A stretch of DNA of 64,000 nucleotides from the IMG/VR virus record IMGVR_UViG_3300020112_000604, positions 119,721-183,720 of that record; one strand, given 5' to 3'. Shown piece by piece: positions 46,407-54,968 of this stretch. Source of the stretch: a virus (Duplodnaviria; Caudoviricetes). The notes beneath the pieces were generated by a model that was not told where the DNA came from, ran no database searches, and was given only the letters and a program-made list of their open reading frames with translations. The position numbers were made by a program, and so were the translations under genes. Numbering within the stretch: position 1 is the stretch's first letter; every line of letters begins with the position of its first letter.

Positions 46407-46496
46407 ACGAAAATGTTATGAAGACTGTTGTAAACTACTTTTTCCAAGAGTGACTACCCTTAGTGTATTAAAAGGCAATATTATGCTTATAAACGG

Positions 46497-46508
46497 AACA
46501 TAGTATTA
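46497..46508 (+). promoter_or_regulatory. Late-type promoter AACA-N6-TA
   Basis: AACATAGTATTA. Confidence 0.6.
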
Positions 46509-46583
46509 ATACTACTCCACTCATCTGCCTTGAGTAGTGTTAGTATGATTAATCATATTAATATTTAAAAGGAGGACATAATT

Positions 46584-46976
46584 ATGGCTAAGACTTATGA
46601 TTTCAGTACATTCCACGGTGCAATGTACAACAAGAATTTTGCTCCTACAAGCAGAAATATCCTTTTCGAAGGAAAGGACATAATCAATATCGAAGGTGAC
46701 ACAGTTTCAGAACCTATCGGCGTTGGCGCATCAGACCAGCTCTACGTTCAGGGTAACGGTTCAGCTCCTTCATACACAGTAGAAGGAAGACTTACAGATG
46801 CTTCACCTTGGACAGCTCTTACACTCACAAAACTCGGTGACAGATCAGAATCAACAGACGCAGTTTCAGACGGCGCTGTATACGTTGCTGACGTACACTA
46901 TCTTTTCCAGATCAGAATTGCTAACGCAGGTACAGATCCTGTAATGGCTAAGTTCGAAAACTTCGGCATCAAGTAA
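46584..46976 (+). CDS. Probable virion decoration/fibre-associated beta protein
   Basis: Late promoter; strong SD; biased codons. Confidence 0.6.
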   Translation: MAKTYDFSTFHGAMYNKNFAPTSRNILFEGKDIINIEGDTVSEPIGVGASDQLYVQGNGSAPSYTVEGRLTDASPWTALTLTKLGDRSESTDAVSDGAVYVADVHYLFQIRIANAGTDPVMAKFENFGIK

Positions 46977-46999
46977 TCACCGTAAAGGAGGAATCTGTT

Positions 47000-49900
47000 A
47001 TGGCTTTAAATAGCAACACAATGGAATTCTTCCGTAGACTTGAAAACAACGGCACTGGTAGTAGTAAACTTGGAAAGATTATTACTACCAGCAAAACCGT
47101 TGGTTCTATAGCTAGCGGATCAATTCTCTCATCAAACATTACTTTCCCAGCTTTCATAGATTCACTCTTCGGCAGCGGTGATGATATGGCTATGGACGTT
47201 TCACCAGTAAGACTTGAAGAAAGCTCTGGCGAATACATCGTAGATCCTACAATCGTTTCACACCGTGAAGTTGACGAAGACGGAAATCCGGTTGAATCAA
47301 ACTTCAAGATCAAACTCGAAGTTACACCAGGTTCAGATCTTATCGAATGCATCAATATTCAGAAGATCATCACAACAACAGACCCAGAAACTGGCGATTC
47401 AGTTTCTAAGAAAATTACTGTTTCAACAATCAAAACAGCTCAGGCTAGTGCACCAAGTGAGACTGGCGTTAACGACTTCATTATCACAGTACCATGTACT
47501 AAGGAAGACGCTGCTGCTGACGAGGTTAAGCTTCGTGTTGTTGCATACGAATACATTATCGCTCCAGGCGGTCCTGCAAAGCCAACTCCACTTCCAGACG
47601 AAAAGCCTTCAAACGGCCAGCCATCAAAGGTTGTTGAAATCGGCGTGACATTTGGCGCGCTTCAACTCACAAAAGCCAAGCTTACATCAACTCAGTCATC
47701 GCCGGTAACTAATGTAGTTACTGGTACTTCTATTGACTTCCCACTCACTGGTGAAGTTGTAATTGGTGAAGACGGCTTAACAATGGACGGCATCGTATCA
47801 CTCGAACTCTTCGAAAACGGCGGTTCATCACCTGTGGCTACAGCTACAGATCCTGCATCCGGCGGTACTGTTACATACACAGCTACAATCACAGCTGATG
47901 CTTCTGCTCCGTATAGAAAGGTTTCCGTACCTTATACACTCGTAGCTACATGGGATGACGGTACAACAAAGGAAGCTACTTTAATTCCTACAGTTGTTGC
48001 TAAGGAAGTATCATCTTTCGCTAAGGCAACAATAACTGTTCCAAACCCAACTCGTACAAACGTAATTTCCGGCACATCTGAAACTTTCAATATCACAGGT
48101 TCCGTTGAACTTGGTGACGATGGAAGAACACGCGATACACTCGAATCTATAAAGATTTTAGTTGACGACACAGAAGTTGCTTCTTCAGCTTCACCAGCTA
48201 CAGATGATGCTACATATGCATTAAGCATTGAAGCAAGCGCTACAGCTCCATCAAGAACCGTAACTAAGACAGTTAAGGTTGTTGCAACATGGGCAGATGG
48301 CTATTCATCTTCTTCATCAGACGTTGTTTGTAAGGTTGTTGCTAAGGAAATTTCTTCATTCACAACTGTTGAAACAGCTATCGACAATGCAACTCGTACA
48401 GCAAAGATCGGTGTTGCCGAAACATTTGCTATCACAGGCACAGTATTCATTGGCGATGACGGATATAAGAAGTCTGAACTCACATCATTAAAGATTGTTG
48501 ACGACACAGGTGCAGAAATCGCAACTGCAACAGATCCAACAACAGGTGCAGTAGCTGTTAATGTTCCAATCACAGCTGTAGCTCCAATTGGAACAACTGT
48601 AACAAAGAAATTCAAGACAATTGCTGAATGGGGTACAGACACTAAGGAATCAACACTTGCTACAGCTTCAGTTAAGTCAGTTTCAACTGATGCATCTAAA
48701 GCTGGCGTAACAGTTTCACCAACTTCACCACAGTCAAATATTACACATGGTACAGCGGTTGATTATACTGTAACAAGTGCTACATATTTCGGCGATGATG
48801 CTAAGACATACGCTTCAATTGCTAAGATTGAAATTCTTGATGGCTCAACAGTCCTTGCATCTGCTACTTCACCAGCTTCATCATCAGATGAACCATCTGC
48901 AACAGTAACACTTACAGCAGACACAAGAGCAGCTGGCCGAAAAGTTTCAAAGACAGTAACTGTTAAAGTTACTTGGAACGACGGTACTACAGCTTCAACA
49001 AAGAACACAACTCTTGAAGTTGTTGCAAAGGCTCCTACAACTGAAACTAAGACTACTATCACATCATCAACAACATCACCAGCAACTGCAGCTGCAGGCG
49101 TAGCTGTTTCATTCCCACTGACTGGTACTATCGCATTTGGTGATGATGGATATGAACTTTCTGAAGTTACTTCATTCAAACTCTATGAAGGATCTACAGA
49201 AATAGCTTCAGCAACTGCTCCATTTACAACAACACTTGAAAAGGCTGATTACAAGATCACTGCAGGAAGTACTGTTGGTGGAACTGTAACAAAGACAGTT
49301 AAGGCTGTTGCTATTATCGGCGGTAAGACATTTACATCAACAGCAGTTTCACTTGCTGTTAATACAGCTGACGTAACAAAGGTTAACGTTACAAGTACAA
49401 AGACAACACCACAGAGCAATATCGAAACTGGCTCAATCGTAAGCTTCCCTGTAACAGGTAAGATTGCTATCGGCGGAGACGGAAAGACTCTTGTAGATCT
49501 TACATCTCTCGAATTATTTGTTGATGATGTTAAGGATACATCAGCATCTGCAGATCTTTCAACTGGTACAATCACATCTAATGTGGATATCACAGCAGAT
49601 TACGGCGCAACAAGTCATAAGGTTGCAAAGACTGTTAAGGCTGTTGCTACATGGACTGACGCAACAACAACAGAAGGAACTAAGACATTTGAAGTTGTTG
49701 CTAAGGCTCCTGAAAAGAAGATATACACTGGATTCATGATGTTCCCATACTCAGGTTGTATCACATATGACGGCACAAAGGCTGTTCCTATGGAAGATAT
49801 GACTGACGCAAAGTGGCCAACACCTGAAGCTATTGCTGCGGATATAGACGATTCTGGCACAGGACATTCAACATTTATGCCATTATTAATATCAAATTCT

Positions 49901-50440
49901 GGAAATCCAGATCAGCTTATTGAAGCATCTATGACAAAGCACATCGATCCAGATACGCTTGAACTGGTTGACGGTACAACATACTCAGCTGAAATCTTTA
50001 CAGAAACACGTAAGCCTAGCGAAATGCGCGACGAAATCTTCAACAACAGACGTCCATTCATTATCGGCGGCGGTAAGTATTCATTAGATAGTGCTGAAGT
50101 AACAGCTATGTGCTCAGCATCTGGTTATGTAACACCGGTATGTACAGAAGAAGAAAAGGCTTATATCGCTGACTTAGTCGATGGTGACCCATACGATCCA
50201 CCGAGCAACGGTGAACATCCATCAACATGGGGTATCGGACGTACTAACTACTGTTTCGTAGCATTCCCAACTGATGACTTTACCCTTAAGGAAATGGTTG
50301 TTGCTGGCGTTGACTGCAAGAAATCTGACTACGCAACGTTCGACATAAACGGCGTTAACTATACTCTCAGACATATAGCAGGTGGTATAGCAGCAGAACC
50401 TACAGCTCTCTTATGTACTGTAAAACTTGAAAGAAAATAA
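47000..50440 (+). CDS. Large Ig-like repeat virion protein (fibre/adhesin)
   Basis: Six ~110-aa Thr/Val-rich repeats marked by (I/L/F)G(D/E/G)D(G/A) and mostly AxW. Confidence 0.7.
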   Translation: MALNSNTMEFFRRLENNGTGSSKLGKIITTSKTVGSIASGSILSSNITFPAFIDSLFGSGDDMAMDVSPVRLEESSGEYIVDPTIVSHREVDEDGNPVESNFKIKLEVTPGSDLIECINIQKIITTTDPETGDSVSKKITVSTIKTAQASAPSETGVNDFIITVPCTKEDAAADEVKLRVVAYEYIIAPGGPAKPTPLPDEKPSNGQPSKVVEIGVTFGALQLTKAKLTSTQSSPVTNVVTGTSIDFPLTGEVVIGEDGLTMDGIVSLELFENGGSSPVATATDPASGGTVTYTATITADASAPYRKVSVPYTLVATWDDGTTKEATLIPTVVAKEVSSFAKATITVPNPTRTNVISGTSETFNITGSVELGDDGRTRDTLESIKILVDDTEVASSASPATDDATYALSIEASATAPSRTVTKTVKVVATWADGYSSSSSDVVCKVVAKEISSFTTVETAIDNATRTAKIGVAETFAITGTVFIGDDGYKKSELTSLKIVDDTGAEIATATDPTTGAVAVNVPITAVAPIGTTVTKKFKTIAEWGTDTKESTLATASVKSVSTDASKAGVTVSPTSPQSNITHGTAVDYTVTSATYFGDDAKTYASIAKIEILDGSTVLASATSPASSSDEPSATVTLTADTRAAGRKVSKTVTVKVTWNDGTTASTKNTTLEVVAKAPTTETKTTITSSTTSPATAAAGVAVSFPLTGTIAFGDDGYELSEVTSFKLYEGSTEIASATAPFTTTLEKADYKITAGSTVGGTVTKTVKAVAIIGGKTFTSTAVSLAVNTADVTKVNVTSTKTTPQSNIETGSIVSFPVTGKIAIGGDGKTLVDLTSLELFVDDVKDTSASADLSTGTITSNVDITADYGATSHKVAKTVKAVATWTDATTTEGTKTFEVVAKAPEKKIYTGFMMFPYSGCITYDGTKAVPMEDMTDAKWPTPEAIAADIDDSGTGHSTFMPLLISNSGNPDQLIEASMTKHIDPDTLELVDGTTYSAEIFTETRKPSEMRDEIFNNRRPFIIGGGKYSLDSAEVTAMCSASGYVTPVCTEEEKAYIADLVDGDPYDPPSNGEHPSTWGIGRTNYCFVAFPTDDFTLKEMVVAGVDCKKSDYATFDINGVNYTLRHIAGGIAAEPTALLCTVKLERK
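47665..49710 (+). repeat. Six tandem Ig-like domain repeats (approximate limits)
   Basis: IGEDG, LGDDG, IGDDG, FGDDA, FGDDG, IGGDG spaced ~110 aa apart. Confidence 0.75.
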
Positions 50441-50475
50441 TACGATCAAATCGTAAATAAAGGAGTTGATTATAT

Positions 50476-51510
50476 ATGGCTACGGCGATAGGTGATGGTT
50501 ATTCACTTGATAAAAACGTACCTGGGTTTGAACGTGATGTGTTTGATACACTAACGAATATGCTTAAGTATTCAGCTAATAAGTTACCGGATATTTTCGA
50601 GACATTAGTTATTTCTAACGGTCGTAAGTATCGTTATCAGAAATCTAATGCCAATATTCCTGTTCCTACAGGCGCAACTGAAGAACAGCTTCAGGGTCTC
50701 AAGGAACTCAGAAAATGGCGTCTTGTTGAAGAAGGCGGCGGCGGTTCGGGTTCTGGCATTATTACAGCTAATACAGCTGAAGAAATGGCTAGCCTCGCTG
50801 AGGATGGTGCTATAGTATTCTTCACAGGTGACGACGATTCAGCAAATGGATTCTTCCACGGCGATGTCTACAGATACGAGACAGATAAATGGAATATTTT
50901 CGATGGCAACAAGAAGAATTCAGCATCTGTTGAAGATTGGAATGTTGGTGATACAAAGGTTTACACCGGACCTGACACTGACTCACTTAAACGTGGTGTT
51001 ACATATACATGCACAGACGTTGTTCCGGAAACAATAGTCGACACATTCATCCAGTTCGTTCCGGTCGAATTTACCGAAGATCCTTCAACTGATAGCACAA
51101 TGCTTCAGAGAGATAGTTCGGCGTCGCTAATATACTACAAAGTATCAGATGTTGAAACAGATCCTGTTGTAACAGCAATGAAGGCTATTTGTGCTACATC
51201 ATGTGATGCATCCCTCGGTCTTCCGGGAGAATTCATTGCAGATACTTCCTATACTGATGCAATCAGCGTTAAACCTATTTCAGAAATTTCGGGTTCTTAT
51301 AACCATAAATGGATAGAAACAGAACCTGGAGTTTACACAGAAACTGAAATTTTTATGCCGACCGGTAGCGTAGGTGAAGATTTTGATGTTAACATTGGCT
51401 TCTCTATGTCACAGGCAGGCATAACAAGCGCTGACGATATCTTCTTTGTAATGCTTAAGGCATCAGACGGAACACTATACGTATATGACCGCGACGGTTA
51501 TTTCGTATAA
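50476..51510 (+). CDS. Putative fibre protein with N-terminal anchor module
   Basis: N-terminus similar to 60243-60899; GGGGSGSG linker; two G-D-x-F-x-x-G-x-x-Y-like modules. Confidence 0.55.
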   Translation: MATAIGDGYSLDKNVPGFERDVFDTLTNMLKYSANKLPDIFETLVISNGRKYRYQKSNANIPVPTGATEEQLQGLKELRKWRLVEEGGGGSGSGIITANTAEEMASLAEDGAIVFFTGDDDSANGFFHGDVYRYETDKWNIFDGNKKNSASVEDWNVGDTKVYTGPDTDSLKRGVTYTCTDVVPETIVDTFIQFVPVEFTEDPSTDSTMLQRDSSASLIYYKVSDVETDPVVTAMKAICATSCDASLGLPGEFIADTSYTDAISVKPISEISGSYNHKWIETEPGVYTETEIFMPTGSVGEDFDVNIGFSMSQAGITSADDIFFVMLKASDGTLYVYDRDGYFV

Positions 51511-51530
51511 AAACTTGACATAGATAAAAA

Positions 51531-51572
51531 AAAATAATTCGGGGTAGGCTTTTAGCCTACCCCGGTTATTTT
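51531..51572. terminator. Bidirectional terminator, GTAGG/CCTAC family
   Basis: CGGGGTAGGCT/AGCCTACCCCG flanked by A and T runs. Confidence 0.8.
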
Positions 51573-52162
51573 TACTTTATGAATAAAGCTGTATAACTGT
51601 CTATGATGAGTGTTCGTATTGCAAACACAACATGTTGCAGTCTTTCTGAGTTCATACCTAAGTCTACATGGTACTGGGCAACCTGATGTATAGCATCACA
51701 TTTCTCTGGACATTCGGTAAGTGCTATAGCAAGAACTACAGCAAGTTCGAGAGTGATGTATATGATATCCGGGTCAAGCACTGATGTCAATGGTACATAA
51801 TAGTCATTGAATAATTCAGTACTTGCTTTTGATTCAGGAAACTCCTCGCGTTCTGCAGTCTTGATTACTTTCCAATCGAGGTTGGCATCATTTGCCATTC
51901 CCTTAAGTATGGATACAATCAAAAGCAGCGTAGATTCCTTTATTTTGACTATCTCTTTATAAGTCTCCATAGAGAGATAAACTTCTCCATTTTCACAAGA
52001 CATAGTTATCTCAACGTCCTGTATAGCAGACTTGAGAGCATCCAAATTATAAATGCCCTCGTGTTTGCGTGCTTTAATAATAACTGCAGCACTATCTTTC
52101 GATAGTGTGTAGTTCTTATCACGTATTGTGTATGGATTAAATGGAAACAGATTCATATGCAT
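51572..52162 (-). CDS. Hypothetical protein
   Basis: 196 aa; early operon. Confidence 0.65.
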   Translation of the reverse strand: MHMNLFPFNPYTIRDKNYTLSKDSAAVIIKARKHEGIYNLDALKSAIQDVEITMSCENGEVYLSMETYKEIVKIKESTLLLIVSILKGMANDANLDWKVIKTAEREEFPESKASTELFNDYYVPLTSVLDPDIIYITLELAVVLAIALTECPEKCDAIHQVAQYHVDLGMNSERLQHVVFAIRTLIIDSYTALFIK

Positions 52163-52164
52163 AC

Positions 52165-52581
52165 TTAGTTAATCCCTCCATGTAAAAGATTTGCTGATAT
52201 TTCTTTACATACGTCGTGCATTGCTAATCGCCGCAGGATTGCAGTCATTATATGTTTCTGAGCATCCTTTGATACGTAATACTGAGGTTCAGCATTCGAT
52301 TCCCACGGATTAATACAAAATCCCGGAATGTTGTTTTCCTTACAAACTGCTTCATTGTGTGATGTTATGGACAGAATATACTGTCCGACTTCGAATGCTT
52401 TCTGACAACGGAGTTTATATGCTTTCAGTATCATATCTAAATTGTTCTGCCATGCCTTTGTTCCAGGTTCATGGCGATTCGTTTCACAAATGAAATCCAT
52501 AATCTCTTCTTCGAGTTCTGAGATTTCTTCTGCGTACTTATTAAGTACCTTTGTGTCTATTATTATAAGACCTAAATCCAT
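52165..52581 (-). CDS. Hypothetical protein
   Basis: AAGGAGG SD. Confidence 0.7.
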   Translation of the reverse strand: MDLGLIIIDTKVLNKYAEEISELEEEIMDFICETNRHEPGTKAWQNNLDMILKAYKLRCQKAFEVGQYILSITSHNEAVCKENNIPGFCINPWESNAEPQYYVSKDAQKHIMTAILRRLAMHDVCKEISANLLHGGIN

Positions 52582-52594
52582 ATAATTATCCTCC

Positions 52595-52870
52595 TTATAT
52601 ATGTGCCTCTTTAATCAGTCGTTTCTTTGCATCTGACCAGGTTTTAGCCACCTGAGAATGAGTTCGGCATATAGGCAATGCATCATTAATATCGAACAAT
52701 GTTTTACGTATCTTGTTGGTTGAGTAAACATCGAAGCACGCGGAAATGAATCTGCGTGCCATGTCTACTTCAGCGTCTGTTGGTTTAATTCTACATCTAT
52801 CATATATGAGATATGATAATTCGTCAAGTTCGTTCTTTCCGATTGATACGAATTCTTCCTTAGGTTTCAT
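52595..52870 (-). CDS. Hypothetical protein
   Basis: Operonic; SD present. Confidence 0.65.
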   Translation of the reverse strand: MKPKEEFVSIGKNELDELSYLIYDRCRIKPTDAEVDMARRFISACFDVYSTNKIRKTLFDINDALPICRTHSQVAKTWSDAKKRLIKEAHI

Positions 52871-52886
52871 AAAACCACACCCCTTA

Positions 52887-53276
52887 TTACTGACGTCTGA
52901 ATGATATGTCTATTACGTTGTTATTTTTAAGCTGTTCGTGCCGTTGAACGACACGCTGGTCCATGTCTTTATAGAGTTCGTTCTCTTCGCCGATTGTCCA
53001 ATTCTTAAGCATTTCGATTGCAGCATCACAGTCTTCACAATCGGATATGTCATCTCTCAATGCACAATACTCAACCAGGAATGCCGGTAAGTCGTCATTG
53101 AAGATGATTGCCATATTACTTATGATATTTATCAGACAGCCCATCAGTTCATCCATCTGAGACTGATCAAGTGATTTTGGTGAAAATGATGATAATGATA
53201 ATACATTGAGTACAGTTTTGTGTACGTGGTCTAATCCCATAATGCTGTCATAATAATTCAGTTCGCTTGTATTCAT
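52887..53276 (-). CDS. Hypothetical protein
   Basis: GAGGAGG SD. Confidence 0.65.
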   Translation of the reverse strand: MNTSELNYYDSIMGLDHVHKTVLNVLSLSSFSPKSLDQSQMDELMGCLINIISNMAIIFNDDLPAFLVEYCALRDDISDCEDCDAAIEMLKNWTIGEENELYKDMDQRVVQRHEQLKNNNVIDISFRRQ

Positions 53277-53662
53277 TACTTTTCCTCCTCGAATAACGAA
53301 TCAATAAGTTCCTTTACTCCTGAATCAGAAATGTCTCTCATCTCTTTGAAATGAGTTGACACTTTATAACGAGAAACCATATCATCGGAAGCATATACGA
53401 ATCGTTTATCTTCCATGGTCACGTCATACACATAATGCGTTTTGTCATTTCCGTGATGTACACGGAATAACCTACATGATTCGGTAACCGGTGTTTCGTC
53501 ACCAGGTACGCCAAATTTCAATGTAGAAAATGAACCTTCATTTACAAGTACAATATAGTCGTCATACTTGTCTCCAGTAAGAATGAAGTCTGATGATATT
53601 GCTTTACCAAGTGCTTCATTCTGTTTGGTTACATAAAATCCTCGGCATTTTTCAGTAGTCAA
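53276..53662 (-). CDS. Hypothetical protein
   Basis: TTG start; operonic overlap. Confidence 0.6.
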   Translation of the reverse strand: MTTEKCRGFYVTKQNEALGKAISSDFILTGDKYDDYIVLVNEGSFSTLKFGVPGDETPVTESCRLFRVHHGNDKTHYVYDVTMEDKRFVYASDDMVSRYKVSTHFKEMRDISDSGVKELIDSLFEEEK

Positions 53663-54197
53663 GATTCATATACCCCCTATCAAATACTGCGCCGTGGTCA
53701 TTGATACTATTGTATCTTCCGGACACAGCATGTTCATCATATTTTGCATTAAGAGAAAAGAATCTCTTGCGTGCTGGATTCCAGAATGTGTTGTTAGCAT
53801 ACTTGTAGTACACCTTATTCACATCTTCTTCGAATGTCAGCACCGCCTGCACATTGTTACTTTGCAGATTGAGTATGGTTGTCTTTAAAGCTGAGAATCT
53901 GCATTCTTTGTTTCGAATGTAGTTATCAGTCTTAGTACCCTTGTACTCAAACTCGAATACAATATGATTTTTTCGTTCATAAATGTATCCGTTGAATAAT
54001 TCCGTCATATTGGCACGGAATCTAAAGCCCTCCGTCATGCGTTCAACGAGGACGAACTTAGATGATGACGTGTCAATTAACAATCCGATGTTATACTCGT
54101 TTCGTCTCCAAACCAGAACGCATGTACCATACGTTCTTACGTTTGGATAAAACATTTGTGTTATCTTATCTACTACGTATGGTATCAAATTATGCAT
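53652..54197 (-). CDS. Hypothetical protein
   Basis: AAAGGAG SD. Confidence 0.65.
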   Translation of the reverse strand: MHNLIPYVVDKITQMFYPNVRTYGTCVLVWRRNEYNIGLLIDTSSSKFVLVERMTEGFRFRANMTELFNGYIYERKNHIVFEFEYKGTKTDNYIRNKECRFSALKTTILNLQSNNVQAVLTFEEDVNKVYYKYANNTFWNPARKRFFSLNAKYDEHAVSGRYNSINDHGAVFDRGYMNLDY

Positions 54198-54786
54198 CGC
54201 TCCTTTCTATTTTAAGTGAACAATCCTTTGCGGAAAGCGTCATCTTTTCACCGTCGATTGTTGTAAACGTGTAAAAGAGTTCATACTCTGTTACTTCGTT
54301 TACCTCATTGTTCTGCAGTGAAAACTTTCTTACATTTGTAGATAACGAGGTAGTAAGTTCTACTACTTCGTATTCAATGTTTCTGTGTGCAACGACGTCA
54401 TACAATGTAATGGTCGCTACAGATGGATTTACCGTCGTTGTCGTTACCGCTGTTGTTGTGGTTGTTACTTCGGTTGTTGTAACAATTGGTTCCGTTGTTG
54501 TTACCGCTTCAGACGTAACCACGCCTACAGGTATAGTGATTCCGTCATCAGATTCGGTTGTGATTGCTGGTGCGCCGTTGAGTTCGAAATTAAACTTAAC
54601 TCCGTTTGGAACAATCTCCTTTGCAAGTTTAGGTCCGACTAAAATCATTCCCCAAACAACAAGAGCTGTTGTGGCAAGTGCTTTGATTTCTCTGCCAGTT
54701 AAACTGACACCTTCCTTTTCCTTGAACTGCACAGTGTCCTGTACGTCCATTTCGTTTTCATCTTCGAAATTTTCACGGTAAATCAT
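54190..54786 (-). CDS. Membrane protein with Thr-rich linker (start moved to 54786)
   Basis: One TM; TTTTT linker. Confidence 0.7.
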   Translation of the reverse strand: MIYRENFEDENEMDVQDTVQFKEKEGVSLTGREIKALATTALVVWGMILVGPKLAKEIVPNGVKFNFELNGAPAITTESDDGITIPVGVVTSEAVTTTEPIVTTTEVTTTTTAVTTTTVNPSVATITLYDVVAHRNIEYEVVELTTSLSTNVRKFSLQNNEVNEVTEYELFYTFTTIDGEKMTLSAKDCSLKIERSDA

Positions 54787-54840
54787 ACTTTGATTCCTTC
54801 CTTTCAAAATGTATTAGACATTACTGTCCTTGTTTAGCTT

Positions 54841-54865
54841 ATAATATATAAATCAAAATCCGATT
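54841..54865 (-). promoter_or_regulatory. Early-type promoter
   Basis: TTTTGATTTATATATTAT. Confidence 0.65.
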
Positions 54866-54866
54866 G

Positions 54867-54905
54867 AAAAGATATCCTCCATAGGCACTATACCTATGGA
54901 GGATA
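54867..54905 (-). terminator. Intrinsic terminator
   Basis: TATCCTCCATAGG/CCTATGGAGGATA plus TTTT. Confidence 0.8.
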
Positions 54906-54936
54906 ACTGGCGTTGTTGATGCGATGGAAGGTTGTT
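54867..54936 (-). ncRNA. Candidate tiny sRNA (~70 nt)
   Basis: AACT-ATACAA-TA (54936-54947) then ~30 nt and a terminator. Confidence 0.3.
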
Positions 54937-54968
54937 ATTGTATAGTTAACCCGTCATACAAAATGTAT

